A DNA stretch of 64,000 nucleotides from contig NC_086097.1 of assembly GCF_963921235.1 (NCBI RefSeq), positions 88,848,001 to 88,912,000 of the forward strand. The letters run 5' to 3'. Position numbers and translations under genes: made by a program. Positions 11,709 to 25,253 of the stretch are shown here, in pieces. Under the pieces are notes generated by a model. The model saw nothing but the letters and a program-made list of their open reading frames with translations. It did no database searches and was not told the origin of the DNA. This DNA is from Mobula hypostoma (lineage: Eukaryota). Numbering within the stretch: position 1 is the stretch's first letter; each line of letters starts with the position of its first letter.

Positions 11709-12199
11709 CTGTGGAGACAAAAGTCAAAGTGAAACAGGGAGAAAAATAGAATGGGTGGGGGTTGAAGGGCGTTAGGTTGTTCAGGCACAGTATAATCATT
11801 TTTGAATGAATTCCAATCAGCATCACAGAACTAAGAAGAAATTAAATTTACATAGTGATTTTAATGATACTAGGAGTGTTCCAAAGTAGCTTACAGCAAG
11901 TTATAGATATTTCACTTGCAGCAATATAGCCAGAACAAGTTCCCTTAAATAGGTATGAGATAAATGATCAGACAATTTGTTTTCGTTGTGATCTGGGGAC
12001 TTTCTTTTAAATAAGGAGGGCAGACGTTAAAGAGTGCACCAGAAGATATTTTATAGTATTGTCCTCCAAATGTCTTTTTTTTTTACTCAGGAAGGCAAAT
12101 ATAGACTCAGAATGCCTCTTCCAAAGGCAGTACCTCCTACTGAGCAGAAGGTCCTTAAGAAGCCAAGGGGTGTCAGCCTATAGTACACTGTATTTCAAA

Positions 12200-12568
12200 T
12201 CATAAACAAGAGAAAATTAGCAAATGCTGGAAATTCAAGCAACACACAGAATGTTGGAGGAACTCAGGCCAGGCAGCATCTAGGAAGAGTACAGTCAACA
12301 TTCACCGTCTCCCCCCCCCCCACTTTTCTTTCTTTCATGGCCTTCTATCTCTTTCACCAATTCACTTCCCAGCTCTTTGCTTCATCCCTCCCCCTTCAGG
12401 TTTCACCTATCACCTTGTGTTTCTCTCTCCCCTCCACCTACCTTTAAAATCTACTCTTCCGCTTTTTTCTCCAGTCCTGCCAAAGGGTTTTGGCCCGAAA
12501 TGTCAACTGTACGCTTCTCCTAGATGTGCCTGGCCTGCTGAGTTCCTCTAGCATTTTATGGGTGTTGT
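12200..12568. mobile_element. Mini Penelope-derived element with inverted pLTR ends
   Basis: Minus pLTR 12203-12301 and plus pLTR to 12568, flanked by ctgtatttcaaa (12188-12199) and ctgcatttcaaa (12569-12580). Confidence 0.75.
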
Positions 12569-13334
12569 CTGCATTTCAAACCTCTGCTATGCAACTTGAA
12601 ACCATAATGAGCCCAGTGACTGCAAGTTGGTGTGGTCTTTCATTGATTCTTTTACGGTTAATATTCTATTACAGATTTATTGACCATGCTTGGAAATAGA
12701 AAATGAATCTCAGGTTTGTATATGCTGACATGTACATACTTATATAACAAATTTACTTTAAACTTTGGACTGGCCAACTAATTTTGGGACCCGGATCTTC
12801 CAGTCAAAATGTCTCCACGTAGCGATTTTCACTGATGTCATGACCCACTTTGTAGTATTTTAGGTTCATGGGGATGGTTTTGGGGACAGCTTTGTAGATT
12901 AAGGATCAAGTAGGGTTTATGGACATGGGGTGAGGAAGAGTTGGAGGTCAGGGGCAGGAGCCATGTTGGAAGATCCATGGTTGAAAGGCAGCAATCCTGG
13001 AAGTCAGGTTGCAGGCACTGAGACCAACCATCTCTAGATCAGCAAAGCAGCGGTTGAAGGTCAGATGGGCAAGAATCACGAGGAATGGTGAACCCCCAGC
13101 TCACTGGGGTAAGAGGTCTATGCAAGTGCTGGGGTTGAGGCCAGAAGGTCAAACCCATGATCAGCAAGTCCTGGGGTCAGTGAAATCCGGAGGGAAAAGC
13201 CCAAATAGTGAAGCTTCTGGTTTGGCTTGACAGAGGTCAGAGGTCTGAGAGTTCAGGCGAAGGACTGGAAGTTGGAAGCCTGATGTTTGCAAGTCTGGGA
13301 GTCTGGAATCAAGGACTGGAAGCCCAGAGCGGAA

Positions 13335-13595
13335 AGTGTGTGTGTGTGTGTAAGTGTGTGTATGGGGGGGTGGAATAGTGTGTGGGGGGGGATAGTGTGG
13401 GGGCAAGTGTGGGGGGATAGTGTGGGGGGAGTGGGAGTGTGTGGGGGGGGAGCGGGAGTGTGGGTGCGAGTGTGAGTGTGCGGGAGTGTAAGCGTGCCGG
13501 AGTGTGTGTGCGCGTGTGAGTGCGGGTGGGGGTATGGGGGTTTGAGTGTGGAAGTGTATGCATGGGGAAGTGTGGGTGTGTGTGGAAGTGGAGAC
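13335..13595. repeat. GT/G-rich low-complexity tract inside a probable non-autonomous LINE-tailed repeat (about 12950-13815)
   Basis: (GT)n and gtgtggggg runs; downstream gtacatgtgataaataaatctgcatctgaatctg tail. Confidence 0.7.
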
Positions 13596-15199
13596 GTGTG
13601 CAAGAGGTTGTCTTGTTTTGCTTTGCTTTGTTGTTGATGCTGTTCATGTTGTTCTGCTGAGCACTGTGAGCATGCTACGTTTGCGTTGGGACGTGTGGCG
13701 ACACACACAAGCTGCCCCCGGCACATGCTCATGTGTGTTGCTTGTTATCACAAACAGCACATTTCACCCTAAGTTTCGATGTACATGTGATAAATAAATC
13801 TGCATCTGAATCTGGATAATCTCCAGAATCTAAATCAAGCGTGCTATCAGTAAATCAACGTTAACACATCAGCCAAGATTTATGCATATGCTCAACTCAA
13901 AACTCTTATCTTCTGCTGATCTACAAGTCGGGTGCCTTTATTTGGAGATCTCATAGTAACACCCTCTTCCTCTTCCAAATTAAACAGAGGATCCTTCCCA
14001 AGTGGATTATGATGTACTAGGCACCAGCTGACAGACTGTACCAAAGAGTTATGGTTATCCAGGTGTAATCCGGTTACTTCCCTTAATCCATTACAATCGC
14101 CTCTTTCATTTACAAATATTAATTTCAGCCAAAACTACCTAAAGGAGATTCTAAAGGTCTATGGAAATTCCGATCCAAGTTGTGGACAGCACAATGTTGA
14201 GCAGCGCTGAGAAAAGCAGGTTAAAACACTTAGTGCACAGTGGACCAGTGGACCACCAAAGATTGTGTTTGACAGTACATCGTCACAGAACTCAGTAGCA
14301 CATGAGGCCCAGAACGTTATGGATGAAGGAAGATGGAGGGCCAAGCGTGAGGTGAGGGTTAGATTGGTCTCGGAGTAGGTAAAATATTGGCAACGTTGTA
14401 GCTGAAGGACCTGTGCTGTCCTATATTCCACTGAACAGCCCTTAATCGATCAACGGGCTTGCATTTACACGCTCTGAGGCCTGCTTGGTTCAAGAGATGG
14501 GATGGGGATGAAGGTGAGTTGCCGGGGTGGGCTGATGAGTCCTCTGTCGGGGAGGGGTTGACATGGTGGGAAGAGTGGGCCTGGGATCTGTATTCAGAAA
14601 ACAAATAATGGATCACTCGGAGGAAGTCGTCAGATCAGTTGAGGGGAAATCAGTGGGAGTAGAGAAAAGCAAAATAATGTAGATAATGGAAATTTTAAAT
14701 AAGAATAAATAGAGCAACTTAGTGTTTAGTGAACAACAATTTGCAACTATTTAGTATCTTTAAAGCAGCAAAAGCCTCAGTGGGCTTTAGAACTACAATC
14801 AGACAAAAAATGGCTGTTTAAGAGCGGTCTATTGAAATCAGCATTAATTTATGAAGATCAATTGCATAGACAAAGTTTGCCTGAGAACTGATGATGTGAA
14901 ATCCCCAAAACCTGTATATGGAAAATTTGGAAACTTATAGAGATAGTTGGGCATCAGGCACTACAAAACCAAGGTGGGTAACAGGCTCAGGATGCACTCT
15001 GAACTTGAAGGATCTACTGTCTATTTCCTCCTACAGATGGTACATCAACTACTGGGTTCCACCAGCAGCTCATGTTTGTTTGGATACCGTCCAACCTTGG
15101 TCTAGACCAATGGTGAGTATGGTTGTGGTGTGAAATGGCCTGAGACACAGAGGAAAGGTCTCATTATCCTAGTACTTACCTGCACTTCATCTAACTTAC

Positions 15200-15356
15200 C
15201 ATTGTATTTAGAAGCCTGTTTGTTCATTGTGTTCTGCAGTAGGCTAAGCTTCCTCTTCATCATGCGAATCCCCTGACTGTACTGGGCTTCCTGTGCAGAC
15301 AGCAGCTTTTGCATCTGCCGGATGGCACTCAGCACCTGCTGCTTACTGGGACAGCC
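15200..15356 (-). CDS. FBLN7: Fibulin-7-family gene, coding exon 2 (N-terminal coiled-coil-like segment)
   Basis: Acceptor ctccctttgcag|GGC, donor AATG|GTAAGT; 157 bp, phase 0 to 1. Encodes GCPSKQQVLSAIRQMQKLLSAQEAQYSQGIRMMKRKLSLLQNTMNKQASKYN, resembling the recalled fibulin-7 CLSKQQLLSAIRQLQQLL segment. Confidence 0.92.
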
Positions 15357-15554
15357 CTGCAAAGGGAGGCATGCCACAGATCAATCCTGCCCTGCCCACA
15401 CACACACACAAAAACCAATCATTCCAAACTGTTCACGCACCAGAAGTATAAAATTAAAGTCCAACACCACTTTGCCCACATACAACTGATCTAAAACCAC
15501 AATCACTTGAAAAACTTTCCATTCCATCATCTCTGTAAATACAGGAAATATGTT

Positions 15555-16045
15555 AAGGAATTAAGCTGGTGAAAATGCAGAGGAGATTTATGAGAAATTG
15601 CTGGGACTTGAGGGACTGAGTTGTGGCGAGAGGTTGAGCAAGTAGGGACTGTTTCATAGGAGACTGAAGAGCGATCTTAAGGAGGTACATAAAATCATGA
15701 AGGGCATAGATGGGTAAATGCACACAATCTCTTTCCCAGAATTGGAGAATCAGAACTAGAGGACATAGCGTTAACATGAGAGAGGAGAGATTGATAATAG
15801 GAACTTAGGGGCAGCTTTTTCCACCAAGAAATAATAGTCAGTATATGGAATATGCTGCAAAGTAGTTGTTGAGGCAGATACATTAAAAACATTAAAGGGT
15901 ACTTGGACAGATACGTGGATAGGAAAGGTTTAAAGCTTTATGGGCCAAACTCTGGCAAATGGGACTCACATTGATGGGAATCTTGGGTCATCACAGAGCA
16001 GATGGACCGAAGGGCCCAGTTTGGAGCTGCATAACACTTTGATAC
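15555..16045 (+). mobile_element. Degenerate CR1 3' fragment
   Basis: Nucleotide similarity to the CR1 3' end (gcagaggagattta...ctgggacttgagggactgagtt...gaggtacataaaatcatga...aactagaggacatag). Confidence 0.8.
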
Positions 16046-16428
16046 AAATCTGATGTTTGAAGGTAAGACATCAAGAAATGATCAAGAATAGAGAACACAG
16101 AGGTAAAATTAACAAAATCATCCTGAGCCAATGCAGGGACAAAGCCAACTCAACCTAATTTCTATCACAATACAAACCCAAAGCAACTTAACCTTCACAG
16201 ACTTCATCACGTCCTCTTAAAGTCAAATTGCGTAGCTAGGCTCTATTAAGTAGAATGTATTGAACCTGCTTACCACATCCTCAACATTCCCCCCCCCCAC
16301 ACTCTCCCTGAAAGCATAGAAAAATAAACAATTCCATTTCTTCCAGTATCAAACAGACATTAGCCAATTACTCTCACAGGTGAAGTCTTGTTGGCAAGTT
16401 GTTTAATCAAATGTGCAGTAAATATATA

Positions 16429-16963
16429 TGCTCAGTGGCCACTTTATCAGGTGCACCTGCTAATTAATACAAATATTTAATCAGCCAATGATGTGGCAGC
16501 ATCTCAGTGTATAAAAATATGCAGTCACGGTCAAGAAATTCAGTTGTTGTTCAGACCAAACGTCAGAATGGGGAGAAATGTGATCTGACTTTGACTGTGG
16601 AATGATCGTGGTGCCAGACAGGGTGGTTTGTGTATCTCAGAAGCTAATCTCCTGGGATTTTCATGCACAACAGTCTCTCGAGTTTACAGAGAATGGCGCA
16701 ACCAATATAAAACATCCAATGAGCGGCAGTTCTGTGGGTAAATACGCCTTATTAAGAGAGGTCAAAGGAGAATGGCCAGACGGGTTCAAGCTGACAGGAA
16801 GGTGACAGTTAACTCAAATAACCACACGTTACAACTGAAGAGCATCTCTGAATGCATAATATGTTGAACCTTGAAGTGGATGGGCTACAGCAAAAGAAGA
16901 CCATGAACATACACTCAATGTCCACTTTATTAGACACGAGGTACCTAAAGTGGCCACTGAATG
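16429..16963 (+). mobile_element. Non-autonomous Tc1-like element, copy 1
   Basis: TIR ctcagtggccacttt / aaagtggccactga with TA flanks; remnant of the transposase N-terminus. Confidence 0.85.
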
Positions 16964-17239
16964 TATATGGTGAATATCAGTGATATATTTTTAAAATGTA
17001 TCTCACTTGGAGCAGTGCAAAGGGTAAGAGTAAAGTTCTTTGTTGGATGTCCTAATGTTCATCACCCAGAGGGCGCCAGGGGCACCAGCACTGACTGAGC
17101 TGGTCGAGTCCATAAGGGCAAGCTGTTAAAATGGGTCATGGTGAGGGAGCAACAGATCTATTTGATTACTTATTTGATCTCATTTTCACCAAATGACGTG
17201 ATAATGGCAGGAGTGTAGTAGTGGAGACAACACCCCAAC

Positions 17240-17860
17240 CAAGAGCAGTCTGCATTATGTTGTGTGACACTACTAACAGGATTCATACTGGGTTATACTG
17301 TTCAAAATCAGACCCTTCAACTGAACAAGCCCACATCTGCACCAATCCTGGAATGTATGGGGTGTCCAGGGAGGCACAGTACCTCTGGTGTAAGGGCTTG
17401 CAACGTCCATGGCAGGGCACCTCACTCACCTTTGGTCCCCACCGGACACTCAGCTCTCACCTGTAGCTCCAAGAAGCTGTTTGCATGTGACAGCGGCCAC
17501 ACCACTTCAACAGGCGGGCTAAACCAGGCGCGGGCCTCATATCCAGGTGAGTTAGGGATATGCCTGGCCCAGCATGTTGTCAGCTCCAGCAGACTAGGCG
17601 GATGAGATCTACAGTGAGATACAATGGTCAGGAAGGCGGTCCTGCAGTGCTCTCTGGAGACTGAAGGGCATGACCAGGCACAGAAGAAGTCATGGTCAAC
17701 CACCACAACCAAGGATTATCCTAGTCTGTGACACTTGTTCGTACCACTAGACTTGGACGTCTGAGATCAAGAGAGTGGGAGTGCCCCAGCGGAAAGCCTC
17801 TTCCACTTTAAAAAGTCTCCCCCACAGGTTTCCTGTCATCGTCAGAAATGACCACACAAA
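17240..17860 (+). mobile_element. Probable RTE-derived non-autonomous repeat
   Basis: GC-richer block sharing the ggcggatgag motif with the 9107-9663 element; no ORF; boundaries approximate. Confidence 0.35.
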
Positions 17861-18349
17861 TCCCAATTTATTCTCCCCACAGTCCCATTAACTCATCACA
17901 TTTCCCCGCCCCAGATCCTGCCAGTAACCCACAAACCTGGGGTAATTTACAGTGGCCAATTAACCTATCAACCTGCACAGCTATGGGAAACTGGTGTAGG
18001 GAGAACGTGAGAACTCCGCACAGATGGCACAGGAGGTCAGGATTATGAGATAGCAGCTCCACTAGCCACGACACTGTTCATCCCCTTCAGTATTCAATAA
18101 ACAGATCCAGCAGCTCAAATCCAATGCTAGTAAGGCACTGTGAAAAGCAGCCATATTGTACTCCTCCTTTATTCTGTTCATAGACTTCCAAGGTGGAGGA
18201 TGGGTAGTTGCTGTGGTGATGCAGGATCTCTCTGCTGCTAATGATGCTCTTGAGGTTCTCCATCCCATACGTAATGCTTGTCTTGCACGTTGAGTGTTCT
18301 CTGCCAGACACTCTCAGGAGTCAAGAGGAGATATTGCATTTTCTCAAGC

Positions 18350-18765
18350 AGACGATCCTGACCATTGAGCACATCTACATGAAACATTGTCGTAGAAAAG
18401 CAGCATCCATCATCAAAGGTCCTCACCACCCAGGCCATGCTCTTTTCTCACTGCTGTCATCAGGTATAAGGTACAAGAGCCTCAGGACTCTCACCACCAG
18501 GATCAAGAACAGTTACTACCCCTCGACCATCAGGCTCTTGAACAAAAGGGGATAACTACACTCTTCTAAGGACTCTTTATCTTGTTATTTCATGCTCATT
18601 ATTTATTGCTATTTATTTATATCTGCATTTGCACAGTTTATTGTTCATTGATCCTGTTTACAGTTACTACTCTATAGATTTGCTGAGTATGCCTGGAGAA
18701 AAAAAATCTCAGGGTTGTATGTAATGACATGTATGTACTCTGATAAATAAATTTTACTTTGTACC
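18350..18765 (+). mobile_element. Rex1/Babar-type LINE 3' fragment
   Basis: TIEHIYMKHCRRKAASIIKGPHHPGHALFSLLSSG...NSYYPSTIRLLN followed by an AT-rich 3' UTR. Confidence 0.85.
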
Positions 18766-19262
18766 TTGTATCCTCTCATCCCAGGATCTAGCCAAGAACA
18801 TAGAAATCTACAGCCCACAATGTTGTGCCAACCATGTAACCTACTCTAGAATCTGCCTGGAATTTCACTAGTGCACAGCCCTCTATTTTTTTAAGTTCCA
18901 TGTACCCATCTAAGATTCTCTTAAGAGACGCTATTGTGTCCGTCTCCACCACCGTCACCCGTAGTGCATTCCACACACCCACCACTCTGTGTGAAAAACA
19001 TACCCCTGACATCCCCCTTGTACCTATTTACAAGCACCTTAAAACTATACCCCCTCACGTTAGCCATTTCAGCCTGGGAAAAAAACATCTGGCTATCCAC
19101 ATGATCAATGCCCCTCATCATCTTATACTCCTCTATCAGGTCACCTCTCATCCTCTGTCGCTCCAAGGAGAAAAAGGCCAAGTTCACTCAACCTATTCTC
19201 AAAAGGCATGCTCCCCAATCCAGGCAACATCCTTGTAAATTTCCTCTGCACTCTCTGTATAG

Positions 19263-20046
19263 CAGGGGTCCCCAACCTTTTTTGCACTGCGGACCGGTTT
19301 AATATTGACAATATTTTTGCGGACCGGCTGACCTGGGGAGGGGGGGTGTTCAAGTAGGGTTAAATTCACCTCAACATGTCTTTCACAGTTAGGGTTGCCA
19401 ACTTTCTCACTCCCAAATAAAGGACAAAAGTAGCAGTCAAATCCTGGGACACTTTACCCCAGGAAAGACTACCATGACCATGAAGCCTTGCGTGGGCACC
19501 TGTGTGCGCATGTGATGTGCGCATACGCGTACGTGCCGATTTTTCCCCCACAAATGGGTTTTGCCTTCATCTTCCCGACTACACTGTACATGCATTATTT
19601 CTACTTTATATAGGCTGTGTATTTATCATAACATTCCTGCTTGTACAATATGTTAGTGTTATTTATTTTTGGTTTTATGTGTTATTTGGTATGATTTGGT
19701 AGGTTATTTTTTGGGTCTGGGAACGCTCAAAAATTTTTCCCGTATAAATTAATGGTAATTGCTTCTTCGCCTCACGCCATTTCGGCACGAAAGGTTTCAT
19801 AGGAATGCTCTACCTTAGCAGGGGAAATACGGGACAAGAGTGGTCCCGTATGGGACAAACCAATTTAGCCCAATATACGGGATGTCCTGGCAAATATGGG
19901 ACAGTTGGCAACCCTATGTTCAAGTTCAACAGTGCGTAACGGGGAATGAGGAAAGGTGCAGCTGACTCATATCGTTTCTTCATGGTCTGGTAGCACACGC
20001 TCTGCAGCCCAGTACCGGTCTGCGGCCCAGTGGTTGGGGACCACTG
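19263..20046. mobile_element. hAT/Charlie-type (MER1-like) MITE
   Basis: TIR caggggtccccaacc / ggttggggaccactg; 8-bp TSD ctgtatag (19255-19262) / ctttatag (20047-20054). Confidence 0.9.
19355..19916. mobile_element. hAT (Blackjack-like) MITE nested in the Charlie-type MITE
   Basis: Perfect 8-bp TSD tgttcaag at 19347-19354 and 19917-19924; termini tagggtt / gttggcaacccta; subterminal gggac repeats. Confidence 0.8.
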
Positions 20047-21939
20047 CTTTATAGTATCCACATCCTTCCTGTTGTGAGCTGACCAGAACCAAACACAGTT
20101 CTGAACACTGAACATAGCCTAGAGAAACTTTTTTAGATTGCCTCCAACTTTGGGGGTATCATCTCCAAAAAATAGACCATGGATGAATAATCTATGTCAC
20201 TTTCACCCTTGAGACTGAGCCATTTCACTGTGTCAGAAAATCCATGCTGCCCTCCAGATCAACATTGTAAACTCTACTATACAGCCCAGAAATGGGCCCT
20301 TCAGCCCACAGTGTTGTTGCAAACTAGTAACTATAAGCACAAGAGATGCTGCAGATGCTGGAGATCTTGATTAACGCATAGAAAATGCTGGAGGAATTCA
20401 TCAGTCAGGCTGAGACCCTTCATCAGGGCTCAGAGTTCCTCTAGCATTTTGTGTGTCTTGCTTGAACAAGTAATTAAAGGCCCAACTACGATGTGGAACG
20501 GAGCTATGATGGTTTTTGGGCAGAGCTACAATGGCGCTAGACGGCGACTTCTTCAAGCTTATTTGCAGAAACAGCTTAATTTCTACCTTTAATGCTTCTC
20601 TTTTCCCTTTTCAAGGTGGACGGTGTTCTGTCGAAGACCCTGACATGGAGCTACACTCAAACTTCGATCCTTTGCAGCGATGGGACCCGCTCCCAGGACT
20701 CACTGATCAGCCGTTTTCAATATCCCAAGGATGCGGCCTAGAAGACAAACACGCCTAAGGGGTTCAGAGGCTTGGCGGCCCTGGGGACGAGCCAATTCTA
20801 TGGCAGTGCCATTGACTCAAGCATCGTGGGAGAAAACGGAATATCGTGAACAGTGGATTGGCTGTCGGTGGACACAGTACTCAGCGAATTGCCTTCTCTC
20901 TCTCCTTGGTGGGGGAAGAGTATGTTGCCAGTTCTCAAGTTGGAGAACTCGGGGCAAAAAAGCGATATGGCAGTCTTCAACACCATAAATGAATGAGTGT
21001 TTCTTTTTGTCTTGTTCATCTCCCCTCTCTTTTTTAAAGGGAGAACGAGAAACTGCGGTATGTCGAATTGTTGGGTGAACAATTAGTTTTTGTTGTACTG
21101 CAGATCATGGTTTCTCCTGGGGGCTTTGCTATTGCTTACCTGGTGGGTGGAAGGTGCTGATGCTTTTATGCTAAAGTAAGTGAGGGGAGGGTCATTGTTT
21201 TGCTTCTGTTTGTGCATGGGAGGAGGGAGTAGGGGGACTTTGGGGCTCTAATGTTTTTACTGCTACTCACTCTTTGGGTACTCTTCTGTTTTTGTGGATG
21301 TCTGTGAAGAATAAGAATTTCAGGTTGTATATTGTATACATTCTGATATTAAATGGAACTACTGAACCAAATTTCTGCCTGCACAATGTCCATACCCCTC
21401 CATTCTCTGTTCATTAGCGTGCCTAAAAGAGCCTCTTAAATGCCTGTATTGTATTTGCCTCCAACAACACGCCGGCAGCACAATCCAGACACTCTACACC
21501 ATAAAAAAAAAACCTTGTTCCACTCATCTCCTTTTACCCCACCCCCCATGTTAAATGCATACACTCTAGGTAGTTTGCAAAAGATACCAGCTGTCTACTC
21601 TATGCCTGTCATAATCTTATAAACTTCCATCAGGTTTCCCCCTTAGCATCTGTTGCTCCAATGAAAACAACCCAGTTTGTCTAATCTCTCCTTATAGTAC
21701 ATGGTCTCTAATCCAGGTAAACCTCTTCTGCACCCTTTCCAAACCCTCTGCATCCTTCCTGTAATGGGACAACCAGAAATGAATACAATACTTTTGATTA
21801 ATCATACTTTTGATTAAAGTATGATTCAGGCCAATGAGACTAGCCAGCACAGGGAAGCAGAAGTATGGCTATATATACCAGCAGCAATTATGGTCCAAGG
21901 ACCCAGGCCAACAAGGACTGACCAAATCGATGGGCCGTA

Positions 21940-22255
21940 CCATGGCACAGAGGGTAGTCCCGCAGCCTCACTGCCCCAGCAACCCAGATCAAATCCAGAC
22001 CTCCCTTGTTGTCTGTGTGGACTTTGCACTCTCTCCCTGAGACCACATGAATCTCTTCGCCGTGCCCCACTTTTTCCTCACATTTCAAATATGTGCAAGT
22101 TGTTAGATTATTAGTCACCATATATTGCCCCATGTGTGGAGAATCTGGGGGGGGAAGGTTTAATGGGAATGCAGGGGTACCAGAAAAATTAGTGAGATAA
22201 TGGAGTTGCCCTGCAAGTGACATGGACTTGATGGACCAAAATAGTCTCCTTCTAT
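21940..22255 (+). mobile_element. Degenerate V-SINE-like element
   Basis: tRNA-like head, gtctgtgtggactttgcactctctcc central domain and CR1-like tail. Confidence 0.55.
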
Positions 22256-23882
22256 GTCAGAAAGAGATACAGAATACCTGGACACAAATATATATACAAA
22301 CACAACACCTCTTGTTTCTCAATTAAAGACTTCAAAATTATGCTCAAAAATCAAAGAACTGAAACACTTCCTTGCAAGCCCCATAATTAGTGTGGCATTA
22401 CTGAATCTGAAAATTGCACTGGTGCAGAACTTCTGAACTTCCAAATAAAGCTGCTTAGATACTTCTACCCGAGTCTGGCCCAAAACCGTCCCAAAGTGAA
22501 TTAAAATAGAGCACACAAAGATTCCTGTGACGTTTTATTGATTACAATGCATTGGGTTCTGAAAAAGATACAAGTATACTTTAAGTTATTTGTCATACTG
22601 AATGGCAAACAGGCCATTTGACATCACCCAGCATGGTACTAACCCTAACATCTTCTCATTGTGAACGTCACATCCACCCAAATACAGACGACTCTTGCAC
22701 ATCCCAACTTTGCGTAGCGCAAAGCTGCACCATCTACACATGCACCAGGAAGTGAGAGTTGGAAAAGCAAATGTATTGATTTATTTGCTTTTTTGCATTT
22801 ATCTTCTGTGTGAGCGAATTTTATTCTGTACCTCAAATCTCTGAGCAGTGACTTTTGAACTCTGTAGGAGCCACATACCTGTTCTCTATCTGCTTTGTTT
22901 CCTGTGTTGTGTATTTATTATGGTAACCAGTCTCATGAGTAGGGGTGTGGTACAAGTGAAGGAGAATAAGTTACGTTTTCTTGCTTATTTCGTGGCAGTT
23001 TGTAGCTTGGGACCGATGGAGGTTGTATCTTTTGCTGACCGCTAAGATAACGCTGAATAATGCTTAGCTTACATGGGTACAGTTAAGTTTCATCACTTCA
23101 AGATTGTATGTTTGCCAATTGCTAATAAAGGATCAAATAAGGGATTTGACTTTTGGAGCAATCATTGCAGCTGGGGGTGTGTCACACAAGTATCGGTCGC
23201 AGGCTAGCAACAATTGTTTTGCTTTGGTTTTGCTGCTACAAATTCTTTAAGGTCAAATTTTGGTTACCCGAGTGGCAGAAATGCACAGGTGGCTTGTAAG
23301 CTGTCTGATTTCAGCTTTTGCTCATCATAATTGGGACATTCTATATCAAAAACAAAAACCTGGGCTAATTCAGAGCAGGAAAGATATGAAATGTGGAAAT
23401 AAATTCCGCCCTTTCTAGGAAATTAAAACACTCTGGTCACAGGGACATAGAAATACAACACAGACACAGGCCCTTTGACCCGGAGCCCATGTTGATTATC
23501 AACCACCCAACTTCATACAAATCCTAACCTAGCTCATTTTATTCTCACCACATTCTCATCATCTGCCTTCCACATTTGATACAGCCCATTTATACATCAG
23601 TTTCAATTCAGAATGATCAATTAACCCATCAACTCTCACATATTCAGGATCTAGGTGGAAACAAGAGCACCCTGAAGAAACCCATGAGGTCACAGGGAGA
23701 ACTTGCAAATTGCACACAGACAGCACATGAGGTCTGGGATTAATGTGCTTGTGAGGCAGCAGCTCCTCTAGCTATGTCACTGATCCTGAATACTTCGAGT
23801 ACTCTGACTTGCAAGATATCAGATTAGACCCAATCACAATTGACATCTGAAGGCTGGCAGCTGTAACCAACTTCAACCTAGA

Positions 23883-24879
23883 GACAAGAGCATCGGCTCT
23901 CACCCCATCCTCCCTCCAGCCTACCAGGGATAAGGTTCCTCTTGTCCTCACCTACCACCCCTCCAGCCTCCGCATCCAGCACATACTTCTCCAAAACTTC
24001 CGCCACCTCCAACTGGATCCCACCACCAAGCACATCTTTCCCTCCCCCTCCCCCCCCCCACTTTCTGCAGGGTTCACTCCCCACACGACTCCCTTGTCCA
24101 TTTGTTCCTCCCCAGTGATCTCCCTCCTGGTACTTATACTTGCAAGCCAAACAAGTGCTACACCTGCCCCTACACCTCCTTCCTCACTACCATTCAGGGC
24201 CCCAAACAATCCTTCCAGGTGAGGCGACACTTCACCTGTGAGTCTGTTGGGGTCATATACTGTGTTCGGTGCTCCCTGTGTGGCCTCTTGTATATTGGTG
24301 AGACCCGACATAGATTGGGAGACTGCTTCACCGAGCATCCACGCTCTGTCCACCAGAACAAGAGGGATCTCCCAGTGGCCACCCATTTTAATTCCACTTC
24401 CCATTCTGATATGTTCATCCATGGCCTCCTCCACTGTCGGGATAAGGCCACACTTAGGTTGGAGGAACATCACCTTATATTCCATTTGGGTATCCTCCAA
24501 CCTGATGCCACGAACATCGATTTCTCAGACCTCCAGTAATGCCTCCCCCCACTTCCCCCTCACCAGTAGCATCCCCTTGTCCCTCTCATGTAATCTCCTT
24601 GGCCGCCCATCACCTCCCTCTGGTACTCCTCCCCCCTTTAACTTTCTTCCTTGGCCTTCTATCTCTTTTGTCAATCAACTTCATCTTCCCCCCTCCAAGT
24701 TTCACCTATCTCCTGGCGTTTCTCTCTTCCCTCCCTCCACCTTTCAAATCTACTCCTCAGCTTTTTTCCTTCAGTCCTGCTGAAAGGTTTCAGCCCTTTT
24801 GGCATAGATCTATGCTTTTTTTCCATAGATGCTGCCTGGCCTGCTGAGTTCCTCCAGCATTTTGTGTGTGTTGCTTGGA
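23883..24879 (+). mobile_element. Penelope-like element 3' part (GIY-YIG endonuclease remnant + pLTR)
   Basis: ORF 24102-24539 GVIYCVRCSLCGLLYIGET...PVATHFN...LRLEEHHLIF; 11-bp TSD ttcaacctaga at 23872-23882 and 24880-24890. Confidence 0.92.
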
Positions 24880-25253
24880 TTCAACCTAGATATAGATGCC
24901 CAAGCTCTGGTATAGTGGAACAAGTCACAAGTGTCAGAGACAATGGCACCTCGATACGAGCTAAGATGTCATCAACTGCATGTCAGTTTGACAGGGGCCT
25001 ACTTAAATTGATTTAAACATATTTCCAGCTTTTAGAGAAATACCTTCCATAAAATAACCTGGCATGTGTAACATTTGGACCAAATATTTACTGTGTGAAC
25101 ATTTGTTAAATGTTTGTGAACATTTACCAGAGCCATCGCAATGTGTTGAACTGCCAGCATCAAAGAAAATTCAGACAAATCTCCAATGATGTAACTGACA
25201 CACATACTGCCCATGTAGAAATGAATTTCAAAGACAGGAATGAGCTTGGCCCC

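Larger units (their letters stand above)
18790..20105 (-). mobile_element. CR1 3' fragment interrupted by a composite hAT MITE
   Basis: FSLERQRMRGDLIEEYKMMRGID left of the MITE and QNCVWFWSAHNRKDVDTI right of it; ttctatgttct tail. Confidence 0.88.

Noticed and set aside
13161..13732. Pro/His/Thr-rich ORFs
   Set aside because: Translations of the GT/G-rich low-complexity tract.
14528..14580. Hammerhead core (ctgatgagtcc)
   Set aside because: No properly placed GAAA or closing stems follow.
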